From: Agathobacter sp.
GTDB taxonomy: Bacteria > Bacillota > Clostridia > Lachnospirales > Lachnospiraceae
Assembly (NCBI GenBank): GCA_036309425.1
Contig: JAXJTU010000097.1
Span: forward strand, 124 to 64,123
Reading direction: 5' to 3'
DNA: 64,000 bases
Shown in pieces: positions 1-9,152 of this stretch; within the stretch, counting starts at the first letter, position 1, and each line of letters opens with the position of its first letter. Position numbers and translations under genes: made by a program. The notes under the pieces were generated by a model, which was not told where the DNA came from, did no database searches, and was given only the letters and a program-made list of their open reading frames with translations.

Positions 1-183
1 AATGATGATAGCCAAGTGGAATTGATGAAATTAATTGATAATAGTGAAAATTATGATTTGATAGTAGTTAAGCAATTGAGTTGTTTTCACTGGAGAACTG
101 CAAAATTTTGTAAAAGAAGAAATCAATTAAAATTACCAATTTATAGTTTGAAGGAGGGTTATTTAAGTTATGGAATTATATAA
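1..183 (+). CDS. 3' end of an element-borne ORF with a resolvase-like segment (partial, 5' end outside window)
   Basis: Frame 1 is open from base 1 to TAA at 181-183: NDDSQVELMKLIDNSENYDLIVVKQLSCFHWRTAKF...; YDLIVVKQLSCF resembles the serine-recombinase D-x-I-x-V-K-x-L-S-R-F motif. Overlaps the start of the recombinase. Confidence 0.5.
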   Translation, partial: NDDSQVELMKLIDNSENYDLIVVKQLSCFHWRTAKFCKRRNQLKLPIYSLKEGYLSYGII

Positions 184-1863
184 ATGTATTGGTTATCAGC
201 GTGTTTCCACACTTAATGAAGAACAAGCTGAAAGTTGTGAACATCAAAAAATGCTTATTGATGATTATATTGATAAGCATAGTGAAATGGTATTGGTTGA
301 AAATTATTGTGATAATGGTATTTCTGGTAAAACAGATTGTAGAGAAGATTATTCAAAAATGATTCAAAGGGTTATGCAAGGAGATATTGATTATATCCTT
401 GTAAAAGATTCTTATAGACTATGTAGAAGTAGTGAAGTAAATGCTGCTTTAAATAGAATTCTTATTCAAACAAATACAAAGATTATTTATATGGCGGATA
501 AGAGTACATATGACCCTAATAATCGTCAAGAAAGATTGTTCAATGGTATCAAAGCCTTGCTTGGAGAAGATTATGTATATCAACAAAGTGAAGCTGGTAA
601 GATTTATCACATGCAAAAATGTATGAATAAAATCATCAATGCTAATAATGTTACATTTGGTTACTATTGGGATTATAACGAAAAGAAAATGAAAATTAAT
701 CCTGAAGAAGCAAAGGTAGTAGAACAAATTTTTGAATGGTATGTGTATGAAGATTTGGGTGTAAGTGAAATTGCTAGAAGATTAGGTGAAAAAGGCATAA
801 GAGGTAAAAAGAGTAAGAATTTATTAACACCTAGAACACTCAATCAATGGCTAACCAATAGTGCATACAAAGGTATTCTTTGTTTTAATAAAAGACATTC
901 TATTTTGGGTGTAGGAAGTAATGCAAAAACTATTAGAGTAGATAATCCTGAATCTGAGTGGGTAAGAGTTCCTTGTCCAGCAATTATAAGTGAAGAACTA
1001 TTTGATTTGGCACAAAAAATAAGAGAAGAAAGAAATCATACTTACAATAATAAACCAAAAGAAGTTACACGAAGTTATTTTAATGGTTTTCATACATTTG
1101 CAAGTAAATTGTTTTGTGGTGATTGTGGAACTCAATTTCAATTTGGGTATACGGATAGAAATAAACAATATCCTTTGTATTATGATGCTTTTTCTAAGCG
1201 TTCCAAAATGAGGGCTGATGAAAGTTGTCCTAATATGAAATTCAATAAGATATATGAAAGAACATTGGAAGTAATAACGAGAAAGAGTTTCAATTTACTA
1301 TTAGAAAATAAGGAAAATATCTTTTCTCAATTACTATCATTAATAAAAGAAACAATGAGTGAGGAAACAGAAGAAAGTTCAAAGGTTCGCATTTGGAATA
1401 CAAAAATTATGGAATTGGAAGAAAGAAAAAATAAGTTATTGGAGAGTTGGTTTCAAGCACCAGATATTGATACAAAGGAATTTTGTTTAAGAGAAAAAGA
1501 TAAGTGTGTTGATGAAATCAAGCATTATATGAAATTGATAGAAGATAGTAAAGTTCCAAGATACGATACTCAAACCATAGAATCACAAATACTATCCATT
1601 AGTGAATATTTGAATAGATTAACAAATGTTGAGGATATTGATAGAGAATTTGTAGATACCTTTTTGAATCGGATAGAGATATTTAGTGATGGAAAAATCT
1701 ATATAAGTTTTAAGTTTAGTGATAAAAAGGCTACAACAACACTTCCAAATTATAAAGAAGAAAAATTGGCAATCCAGAAAGGGTTGCCAAGCATACATAT
1801 ATTTGAGAGTTTGAAAGAACTTTTATTTTTTGGTCATAGTGTAAGGAAGATAGGGGGTAGAGG
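1..1863. mobile_element. Right end of an integrative element inserted in tadA/cpaF; junction at about 1861-1864
   Basis: Very AT-rich DNA with a large serine recombinase; host CpaF sequence (HDGSLSTGHANS) resumes abruptly at 1864 with no cpaF 5' part before it. Confidence 0.85.
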
Positions 1864-1939
1864 CATGATGGTTCTCTTTCTACAGGACATGCAAATTCGT
1901 GTAGAGATATTCTTTCTCGACTGGAAACTATGGTATTAA
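170..1939 (+). CDS. Large serine recombinase (resolvase, recombinase, Zn-ribbon and coiled-coil domains)
   Basis: N-terminal YQRVST catalytic motif, DNGISG, VKDSYRL, FGY, PAIISEELF, CGDCG zinc ribbon; RBS AAGGAGG upstream. Confidence 0.93.
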   Translation: MELYKCIGYQRVSTLNEEQAESCEHQKMLIDDYIDKHSEMVLVENYCDNGISGKTDCREDYSKMIQRVMQGDIDYILVKDSYRLCRSSEVNAALNRILIQTNTKIIYMADKSTYDPNNRQERLFNGIKALLGEDYVYQQSEAGKIYHMQKCMNKIINANNVTFGYYWDYNEKKMKINPEEAKVVEQIFEWYVYEDLGVSEIARRLGEKGIRGKKSKNLLTPRTLNQWLTNSAYKGILCFNKRHSILGVGSNAKTIRVDNPESEWVRVPCPAIISEELFDLAQKIREERNHTYNNKPKEVTRSYFNGFHTFASKLFCGDCGTQFQFGYTDRNKQYPLYYDAFSKRSKMRADESCPNMKFNKIYERTLEVITRKSFNLLLENKENIFSQLLSLIKETMSEETEESSKVRIWNTKIMELEERKNKLLESWFQAPDIDTKEFCLREKDKCVDEIKHYMKLIEDSKVPRYDTQTIESQILSISEYLNRLTNVEDIDREFVDTFLNRIEIFSDGKIYISFKFSDKKATTTLPNYKEEKLAIQKGLPSIHIFESLKELLFFGHSVRKIGGRGMMVLFLQDMQIRVEIFFLDWKLWY

Positions 1940-2199
1940 TGGGGCAGGAACTGCCACTTCAGGCAATAAGAACACAGATTGCATCAGGAATAGATATAAT
2001 AATTCAGTTAGGAAGAATCAAAGATAAGAGCCGAAAGGTATTAGAAATTACAGAGCTAAAGGGAATTGTGAATGGGGAAATAGAGCTGAATCCATTGTAT
2101 AAATATGTTAATAAAAAGGGTAAAAATGGTGAGCTTGAAAAGGTAGGGCAGCTGATTTCCACAGAAAAAATGATTTCAGCCGGGATATGGGATGTTTAG
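1864..2199 (+). pseudogene. cpaF: C-terminal fragment of CpaF/TadA pilus ATPase, interrupted by the element
   Basis: In frame with the 1930 ORF: HDGSLSTGHANSCRDILSRLETMVLMG...AIRTQIASGIDIIIQLGRIKDKSRKVLEI, the typical CpaF His-box and C-terminus; directly upstream of tadB/tadC. Confidence 0.92.
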
Positions 2200-2201
2200 G
2201 T

Positions 2202-2939
2202 ATGGAATATAACGACTACAAATTATCAATAAAAGAAAAATTAATTGTGATAGCCAAAACAATTGCAGTGGCAGTTACAATATCATATTTATTTTTTGAT
2301 AGCTTTATTGCATTAGTATTCATTCCATTAATATTTGCAATTCTATACAAAAAGAAAAAACTTACAGAGCTACAGAATAGAAAACAGGAGCTTACGCAGC
2401 AGTTTATGGAGGCATTAAAAAATGTATCAACAGCACTTCTCGCAGGATATTCTGTTGAAAATTCATGGAAAGAAGCTCAAAAAGAAATTTGTCTATTATA
2501 TGGAAAAGATTCATATATGAATAAGGAACTTGATGAAATGAACAGACTTATTGCTATGAATATTCCGGTGGAAAATATCCTCGAGAAATTTGCAGAGCGT
2601 TCAGGTGTGGAAGAAATAAGTACATTTGCTGAAATCTTTTCATTTGCAAAACGAAGTAGAGGAAATTTTGGACAAATTATCGAAACAACTACATACAGGA
2701 TGTGGGAAAAATTTGAGACATTAAGAGAGATACAGGTTACAGTTGCTTCAAAAAAAATGGAACAAAGAGTTATGAATATAATTCCAATTGGCATGCTGGC
2801 CTACCTCAAATTCGCATCTGGTGAATATATGAGTGTAATGTATGGAAATGCCTTTGGCATAATTTTTATGCTCATATGTTTGGCAATGTATGTCTTTGTA
2901 ATTTATCTGGCAGAAAAAATGCTGGATATAAATATTTAG
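2202..2939 (+). CDS. tadB: TadB-like type II secretion F-domain membrane protein
   Basis: ALLAGYSVEN, FAERSGVEEI, C-terminal TM helices; position after cpaF. Start taken as the ATG at 2202. Confidence 0.8.
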   Translation: MEYNDYKLSIKEKLIVIAKTIAVAVTISYLFFDSFIALVFIPLIFAILYKKKKLTELQNRKQELTQQFMEALKNVSTALLAGYSVENSWKEAQKEICLLYGKDSYMNKELDEMNRLIAMNIPVENILEKFAERSGVEEISTFAEIFSFAKRSRGNFGQIIETTTYRMWEKFETLREIQVTVASKKMEQRVMNIIPIGMLAYLKFASGEYMSVMYGNAFGIIFMLICLAMYVFVIYLAEKMLDINI

Positions 2940-2946
2940 GAGTGTA

Positions 2947-4161
2947 ATGGAAAAGAAAAAAATAAAGCAAATGGTACTACTTGGAATACTACTTGTTGTA
3001 CTTGCATTTTATATGGAAAAAACAGATAAGGTTTTGGATGATGGATACAAATTAAATCGAAAGCTGCCAGGAGAAGGTGACCAGGATGTTTCGCTTATTT
3101 TAAGTCCGGATGATATGGATGATATTGATTATACAGTAACAGTAAAGGAAGAAATATTAAGCCAGGAAAAAACGATAGAGCTTATAGAAAAAGCAAAAAA
3201 AGAAATAGATAAGTCCTTTTGCAGCAATGGCGAGGAGCTTAATCATGTTACTGAAAAAGTAAATCCAAAGGGAAGTTATGCCGGAGGATTAGTAGATGCT
3301 GAATGGGTATTTAGTGACTATGAAATCATGGATTCTAAAGGAAATTTAATCAAGGATAAACTTTCTGATGAAGGCAAAATTGTAAGTGCAGAGGTGGAAT
3401 TAAGCTGTAATGAGACTAAAGAATTGTATGAATTTAGCTTCGTTGTATATGCCAAAAGTAAAAATCGTACTGAAAAACTAATTTCAAAAGTCAATGAAGA
3501 GATAGAAAAACAGCTTAGTAGGAGTGGAACAAATGTGCTTTCCCTTCCTAAAGAAATTGAAGGAACAAAATTGAGCTGGAAACAACCCAAACAGCATTTG
3601 CCACTAAAAATATTTGCACTTGAAGTCATTATGGCAGTTTTATATGTGTTTTCAAAGAAGGAAAATGAGAAAAAGGAAAGACTAAGAATCCAGGCGCAGA
3701 TGGAACTAGATTATTCTGACGTAGTCAGCAAAATGGCTATTTTAATGGGTTCTGGCATGTCTGTTAAGCAGGCATGGAACCGTATTTCCGCTCGTTATCT
3801 CGATGAGAGGGCAAAAAATTGCAAGGCACAGCGAGCAATTTATGAGCAGATGGTTATTACCATGAGAGAAATAAATGATGGTGAAAATGAGATAAAAGCA
3901 TATCAAAAGTTTGGAGAAATAACAGGATTAAGCTGTTATCACAGGTTTTCAAGGATACTGGTTTCGAGTTTACAGAAGGGAAATAAGGAAATATGCCAGA
4001 CACTTGAGCAGGAAGCTCAGGAGGCCTTTGAAAATAGAAGAATGTTAGCACGGAAACTAGGTGAGGAAGCCGGAACAAAAATGCTTTTGCCATTGATGCT
4101 AATGATGGTAATTGTTATAGCAATTGTAATTGCACCCGCAATAGTTAGTTTTGGAACATAG
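2947..4161 (+). CDS. tadC: TadC-like T2SSF-domain protein with an extracellular domain
   Basis: LMGSGMSVKQAW, GEEAGTKMLLPLMLMM...IVIAPA; synteny. Confidence 0.8.
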   Translation: MEKKKIKQMVLLGILLVVLAFYMEKTDKVLDDGYKLNRKLPGEGDQDVSLILSPDDMDDIDYTVTVKEEILSQEKTIELIEKAKKEIDKSFCSNGEELNHVTEKVNPKGSYAGGLVDAEWVFSDYEIMDSKGNLIKDKLSDEGKIVSAEVELSCNETKELYEFSFVVYAKSKNRTEKLISKVNEEIEKQLSRSGTNVLSLPKEIEGTKLSWKQPKQHLPLKIFALEVIMAVLYVFSKKENEKKERLRIQAQMELDYSDVVSKMAILMGSGMSVKQAWNRISARYLDERAKNCKAQRAIYEQMVITMREINDGENEIKAYQKFGEITGLSCYHRFSRILVSSLQKGNKEICQTLEQEAQEAFENRRMLARKLGEEAGTKMLLPLMLMMVIVIAIVIAPAIVSFGT

Positions 4162-4173
4162 AGAGGAGAAATT

Positions 4174-4341
4174 ATGTTAGGATTTAAGAACTTTTTAATG
4201 GACGAAGAAGGGGCTGGAGTAGTAGAAATGATATTAATTATCGTTGTACTTATCAGTCTGGTACTCATTTTTAAGAGTAAGTTAACTTCATTAGTTAATA
4301 CAATTTTCAGTAAGATTAATACAGAAGCAGGTAAGGTGTGA
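4174..4341 (+). CDS. flp: Flp1-family type IVb/Tad pilin (55 aa; below the ORF-track cutoff)
   Basis: MLGFKNFLMDEEG^AGVVEMILIIVVLISLVLIFKSKL...: prepilin Gly, Glu at +5, hydrophobic helix; RBS GAGAGGAG; GTGA overlap with the next gene. Confidence 0.88.
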   Translation: MLGFKNFLMDEEGAGVVEMILIIVVLISLVLIFKSKLTSLVNTIFSKINTEAGKV

Positions 4342-5855
4342 TAAGAAGGGCAAAAGGAAGCCTTACACTTTTTGCGACAATATCATTTATGTTGATAGCT
4401 CAGTTACTGTTTACATTTCTTGAAGCTGCAAGATTTGCAGAATTAAAAAAGATAGCAACAGTAACTGCAGACTCAACGGTAGAATCCTTGTTTGCAGAAT
4501 ATTGCCAGCCACTTTGGGATAACTACAGACTGCTGGCAATTAATGCAGGCAATTCTGAGGGCATTGTAGATTTTAAATATGAAGAGGATTTAATCAGGAA
4601 ACTTACACAGGAATGTTTTGTGGTTCCTGATTCAAACATTATTTTTAGCCAGACAAATTTACTAAGGCTTGGAATCGATGAAATAAAACCAAATAGTTAT
4701 ACATTGGTAACAGATTCAAATGGTGATGTATATAAGAAGCTTATCTCATCATATATGCAGCAGAATATCGGATATGAGACAGCTAAGTTAATATATGATG
4801 ACTATCAGACTATTAGCACAGTAAGCAAAGAAAATTCTGTTGACCAGAATGGGGTTAATGATGCGCAAAAAGAATTACAAAAAATAAAGAATAAAGAAAA
4901 AGGGGCCAATCCTTCAAACAATAGAGCAAAAAATAATAAAACAACAACTAGTACAAATAGTTCGGATGAACAAGTAGAAAACCCGTTGAATTCAGTGCAG
5001 GATACGCAAAAAAAGGGAATACTCTCTGTAGTATTAAAAGACAAAGAATTATCTGGAAAATCAATTGATACAAGTGATTGTGTATCAAAAAGATCAAGGC
5101 AGGAGGGGCTAAATATCCCGGAAATAAGTAGTAACTGGTATGATGATGCCTTATTTGAAGAATACCTGCTTAATAATATGTCATTCTATGGAAATTCACA
5201 CAATGACACAGCTTTGTCTTATGAAATTGAGTATATTATTGCAGGAAAATCCTCAGATAAAGATAATCTGAAATCAGTAATTAACAGATTACTTCTTTTA
5301 AGGGAGGCTGCAAATATGGCCTATCTTATGAGTAGTCCTTCAAAAAAAGCTGAAGTATCATCACTTGCAGTTTTACTTGGTGGAGTATCTTTAAATCCAG
5401 GAGTAATCAAGGCTATTGAATATGGATTAATGGCTGGATGGGCATATTGCGAGAGTATTTTGGATTTGAGGGCACTTTTATCAGGAGATAAAATTCCAAT
5501 CATGAAAAATGATACTAATTGGACATCGAATTTGTCAGAAATACCAGCACTTTTATCAGGAAATGGGAAGGCAAAAAGTTCCCAGATAGGAATGAATTAC
5601 CGAGGATATCTTGGGATGCTGCTATTACTTAGCACAGATACAAATAAATGTTACAGGGCAATGGATCTTCAGGAAAAAACAATTCGTCAGATAGAAGGAT
5701 ACGAAGCATTTAAGATGGATAATTTAATCTGTCAGGCAAGTGTCGAAATAAACTATTCATATTACACGGTCTTTACAAGTTTTGTTAATATTGGTGACAT
5801 TACAAACAACCACTTTTACATATCTCGGAATGCTGACTACTCATATATAAAATAG
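4338..5855 (+). CDS. Tad-associated pilin-like protein (DUF5702-like)
   Basis: N-terminal KG^SLTLF plus TM; YEIEYIIAGKSSDKDNL, LLLLREAANMAYL; tad synteny. Confidence 0.7.
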   Translation: MIRRAKGSLTLFATISFMLIAQLLFTFLEAARFAELKKIATVTADSTVESLFAEYCQPLWDNYRLLAINAGNSEGIVDFKYEEDLIRKLTQECFVVPDSNIIFSQTNLLRLGIDEIKPNSYTLVTDSNGDVYKKLISSYMQQNIGYETAKLIYDDYQTISTVSKENSVDQNGVNDAQKELQKIKNKEKGANPSNNRAKNNKTTTSTNSSDEQVENPLNSVQDTQKKGILSVVLKDKELSGKSIDTSDCVSKRSRQEGLNIPEISSNWYDDALFEEYLLNNMSFYGNSHNDTALSYEIEYIIAGKSSDKDNLKSVINRLLLLREAANMAYLMSSPSKKAEVSSLAVLLGGVSLNPGVIKAIEYGLMAGWAYCESILDLRALLSGDKIPIMKNDTNWTSNLSEIPALLSGNGKAKSSQIGMNYRGYLGMLLLLSTDTNKCYRAMDLQEKTIRQIEGYEAFKMDNLICQASVEINYSYYTVFTSFVNIGDITNNHFYISRNADYSYIK

Positions 5856-5872
5856 ATAAAGAAAGAAGGTGT

Positions 5873-6739
5873 ATGATTATATTCCCTTGTAGTAAAGATA
5901 ATCAAAAAAATTCAAATCAAATCTCTCCCAAAGAGTGCAATTCAATAAAAAGAATGACAACACATTTCTATAAATGCAAGGGAATATTATCATGCACCTT
6001 CAAAAAAGGCTCATATACGCTAGAAGCAGCCGTGATATTTCCACTTGTGACAGCATTTTTTGTGAGTATTCTATTTTTCTTCAGAGTTCTGCAGATAGGG
6101 ACAAGTGTTCAATGCGCATTAACTTATGCCGGAAGAATGACCGCTGTGGAGGCAAGCTCTGTTAATGAATCTGCAATGCTTCTTTTATCTGCAGAAGGTT
6201 TTTTCCGGAGTAAGATATCATCTGATGAAAATATAAAGGATTATGTCAGCGGTGGAACCTATGGAGTGTCGCTTTTGTCTTCTGATGTATCAGGAGATGA
6301 TATAAAACTTACAGCTAAATACTGGGTCAAGCTCCCGGTAGATTTTTTTAATGTAAAAGGAATAAGCATAATTCAGACAAGTTGCAGTAGAAAATGGACT
6401 GGGAAGTCAAGTACTCCATCAAATCCCGACATCTATGTTTACTATACAGAAAGTGGAAGCGTTTATCATATGACGACATCATGCAGTTATATCGATTTAT
6501 CCATTAGAGGTATCCAAACAGCGCAAATTAAGGGGTCTAGAAACAAAAATGGAGGTAAATACAGCGCGTGCACTCATTGTGCGGCAAAAAAAACGACAAA
6601 TAATATCTACTTTATTACAGACTATGGAACAAAATATCATACGACCTGTGCATGTTCAAGCTTAAAAAGAACAGTACATATGGTTAAACTTTCAGAAGTA
6701 GGAGGAAGAAAAGCATGCTCGAAATGTGGGAAGCAATAA
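5873..6739 (+). CDS. TadE-like pseudopilin with C-terminal Cys/His-rich repeats
   Basis: KKG^SYTLEAAVIFP; two Y-x-T-x-x-G-x-x-YH...C units and CxxC pairs. Confidence 0.75.
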   Translation: MIIFPCSKDNQKNSNQISPKECNSIKRMTTHFYKCKGILSCTFKKGSYTLEAAVIFPLVTAFFVSILFFFRVLQIGTSVQCALTYAGRMTAVEASSVNESAMLLLSAEGFFRSKISSDENIKDYVSGGTYGVSLLSSDVSGDDIKLTAKYWVKLPVDFFNVKGISIIQTSCSRKWTGKSSTPSNPDIYVYYTESGSVYHMTTSCSYIDLSIRGIQTAQIKGSRNKNGGKYSACTHCAAKKTTNNIYFITDYGTKYHTTCACSSLKRTVHMVKLSEVGGRKACSKCGKQ

Positions 6740-7149
6740 AAATAGGCAGTTTAATCATTTATTTAGCACTACTAAGCCTCTTTGATATTAAAGACAAAAG
6801 GCTGCCTCTTAGTATTTCAGCTATAGCAGCAGTAATTGGAACGCTATTAGTAGTGGTAAGTCATTCATCATGGCAAACAGTAGTAATAGCTTTAGTTCCA
6901 GGAGCACTTATTTTATTAATTGGAAAGGTAAGTAATCAGGCGATAGGGTATGGAGACGGACTGGCAATACTGGTAATGGGATTATTTGTACCATGCCAAA
7001 GTATCCTGATATCACTTTTGGCAGCGACAACAATGTCAGGTGTGGTTGCCTTAATATTACTTATTGTTTTTCGCAAGGGAAAGAACACCGAATTAGCGTT
7101 TATTCCTTTTTTATTTGTCGGTTTAATAATTGAGAAAGGATTAATATGA
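6724..7149 (+). CDS. A24-family prepilin peptidase (TadV/CpaA-like)
   Basis: SLFDIKDKRLP, IGYGDG, AFIPFL; start could be 6715 or 6724. Confidence 0.85.
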   Translation: MWEAIKIGSLIIYLALLSLFDIKDKRLPLSISAIAAVIGTLLVVVSHSSWQTVVIALVPGALILLIGKVSNQAIGYGDGLAILVMGLFVPCQSILISLLAATTMSGVVALILLIVFRKGKNTELAFIPFLFVGLIIEKGLI

Positions 7150-7349
7150 GATTAAAGGGCAGTTATACGGTGGAAGCAGCAATAATTATACCAATATATA
7201 TTTTTATAATGACCATAGCAATGAGGGCAGGTATAAAATTATATCAGGAAATAACTTCTCAAACAGAGTACGAAATCGTAGAAGACATGTGGCTGGTTGA
7301 TGATTTTTACAGATATAAGTTGATACAAGAGGTAATAAAAAATGAATAA
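7146..7349 (+). CDS. Small TadE-like pseudopilin
   Basis: LKG^SYTVEAAIIIP plus hydrophobic helix. Confidence 0.7.
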   Translation: MRLKGSYTVEAAIIIPIYIFIMTIAMRAGIKLYQEITSQTEYEIVEDMWLVDDFYRYKLIQEVIKNE

Positions 7350-8496
7350 AATGGAAATAAGTTATGAAAGAAACATGACAGGAAGTTACATGAAAATTCC
7401 TGTAAAAAATATCAAATTATTTGACGAAAAAATATTATTAAAGAGAAAAATACCAGGACTTCTTACATTAGAAAAGACTTTTATAAACAATCAGGGACAA
7501 TATTGGTATTGCATATCAGGTAAACAGTCATTAGAAAATATTTGTTCATTTAAATCAATCGGACTCGGGTTAATCGAACAAATTATTTTAAGTATATGCA
7601 GTGAAATAGAAATCATGGAAAATAATATGATTGATAGCCAATGCTTAATGTTAAGTCCTGAGCTTATATATATCACAAATCAAAATGGAGAAATCATTTT
7701 TACAGCATATCCTGGGGAAAACAGGGATATATCTGCACAGTTTCAAAGTCTGATGGAGTTTTTGCTGACGAAAATTGACCATAGCGACCCACAGGCAGTT
7801 CATTCGGCATATTCAATATACGAGAAAACCCTAGATTCTTCATACAGCATAATGGACATACGAAATATAATAACTCAAGCAAGGGAAAAAGCTGCAAAAG
7901 AGCAGTATACAAGAGAGCCGGTAGTGGATGAAGTTACACTGATTGATATTGAAAAAGACCAGGAATCTGCAAGAATTAATGATAACAATGATAAAAGTGA
8001 AAAGAGAAAAAGAAAATCATTTAAAAACAGAATAAAAATCATGATAGATGAAGTAATAGATGATTTTAATTTGTCAGGAATCCTGGGTAAGATGAAAAAG
8101 AAAGAAGTTGACATGGAAGAAATGATTGTATCACCAGAAGATACAATTTATGAGCCGGAACCTGTAATAAATCCAACTATTTGTCTAACAGATTATAATG
8201 CCCATCCACAGGGAATGCTTTTGTATGAAGGTGGAGAAGCATTTGAAAATATCACCGTGGTCAACTCCGGAATAAAAATTGGAAAAGGAGCAGGTGTAGA
8301 TGTTGCAATAAATAAAGATACCGTAAGTCATTTTCACGCAAGAATAAGTAAGGAAAGTTCAGAGTATTATATAGAAGACTTAAATTCTACAAACGGAACA
8401 TTTGTAAACGACAATCCACTTCCCTACAGACAAAGACAGCTTTTGAAAATAAATGACACAATAAGATTTGCAGATGTAAAATACCGGTTTGTGTAA
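7342..8496 (+). CDS. DUF6382-like N-terminal domain plus C-terminal FHA domain protein
   Basis: IPGLL...YCISGKQSL; FHA motifs VSHFHARI and IEDLNSTNGTFVN. Confidence 0.8.
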   Translation: MNKMEISYERNMTGSYMKIPVKNIKLFDEKILLKRKIPGLLTLEKTFINNQGQYWYCISGKQSLENICSFKSIGLGLIEQIILSICSEIEIMENNMIDSQCLMLSPELIYITNQNGEIIFTAYPGENRDISAQFQSLMEFLLTKIDHSDPQAVHSAYSIYEKTLDSSYSIMDIRNIITQAREKAAKEQYTREPVVDEVTLIDIEKDQESARINDNNDKSEKRKRKSFKNRIKIMIDEVIDDFNLSGILGKMKKKEVDMEEMIVSPEDTIYEPEPVINPTICLTDYNAHPQGMLLYEGGEAFENITVVNSGIKIGKGAGVDVAINKDTVSHFHARISKESSEYYIEDLNSTNGTFVNDNPLPYRQRQLLKINDTIRFADVKYRFV

Positions 8497-8508
8497 TATA
8501 ATAATCTT

Positions 8509-9135
8509 ATGAAAAAAGAAAACAAACCATTTATAACAGGCACAATCATAATAATAAATATAGTAGTATTTGTAATATGTGAAATACTAGGAAGTACATT
8601 AGACACGCAATTTATGTTAGAACATGGCGCCATGTATCCGGAAAATATTAATAAGGGAGAAATATACAGGTTATTAACCTCATCATTTTTACATTTTGGA
8701 TTCATGCACATTCTCAATAATATGTTCGTACTAGGCGCTTCAGGTACTATTTTGGAAGAAGCAATAGGGCATGTAAAATTTTTTATTTTGTATATTATTT
8801 CAGGTATTGGTGGAAGTTTATTATCATATGTAATGATGATAAAAAGCGGACAATACGCAGTTTCAGCGGGAGCATCCGGAGCAATTTTTGGAATCGTAGC
8901 AGGATTATTGTGGGTAGTAATTAAGAATAATGGAAGATATAAGACCTTAACAAAAAAAGGTGTATTATTTATGATAATCCTTATAGTATATCTCGGTATA
9001 ACTACAGAAGGTACAGATAACTGGGGACATATCGGAGGTCTTATTAGCGGATTTATTATTTGTATACTCATATACAGAAAGCCTAAAAATATTGATTTTA
9101 CAGATAAAAATCAATATACTGATATTAACGATTAA
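8509..9135 (+). CDS. Rhomboid intramembrane serine protease
   Basis: YRLLTSSFLH, HILNNM, GASGAIFG, HIGGLISG. Confidence 0.92.
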   Translation: MKKENKPFITGTIIIINIVVFVICEILGSTLDTQFMLEHGAMYPENINKGEIYRLLTSSFLHFGFMHILNNMFVLGASGTILEEAIGHVKFFILYIISGIGGSLLSYVMMIKSGQYAVSAGASGAIFGIVAGLLWVVIKNNGRYKTLTKKGVLFMIILIVYLGITTEGTDNWGHIGGLISGFIICILIYRKPKNIDFTDKNQYTDIND

Positions 9136-9152
9136 CTATAGGAGAACCGAAT

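Noticed and set aside
1930..2199. 89-aa ORF as a stand-alone gene
   Set aside because: The frame is open and CpaF-like from 1864; the ATG is an internal Met of the interrupted cpaF.
8424..9071. 215-aa antisense ORF and similar antisense ORFs (e.g. 32278-32742, 30688-31107)
   Set aside because: Shadow frames of well-supported membrane-protein genes on the opposite strand.
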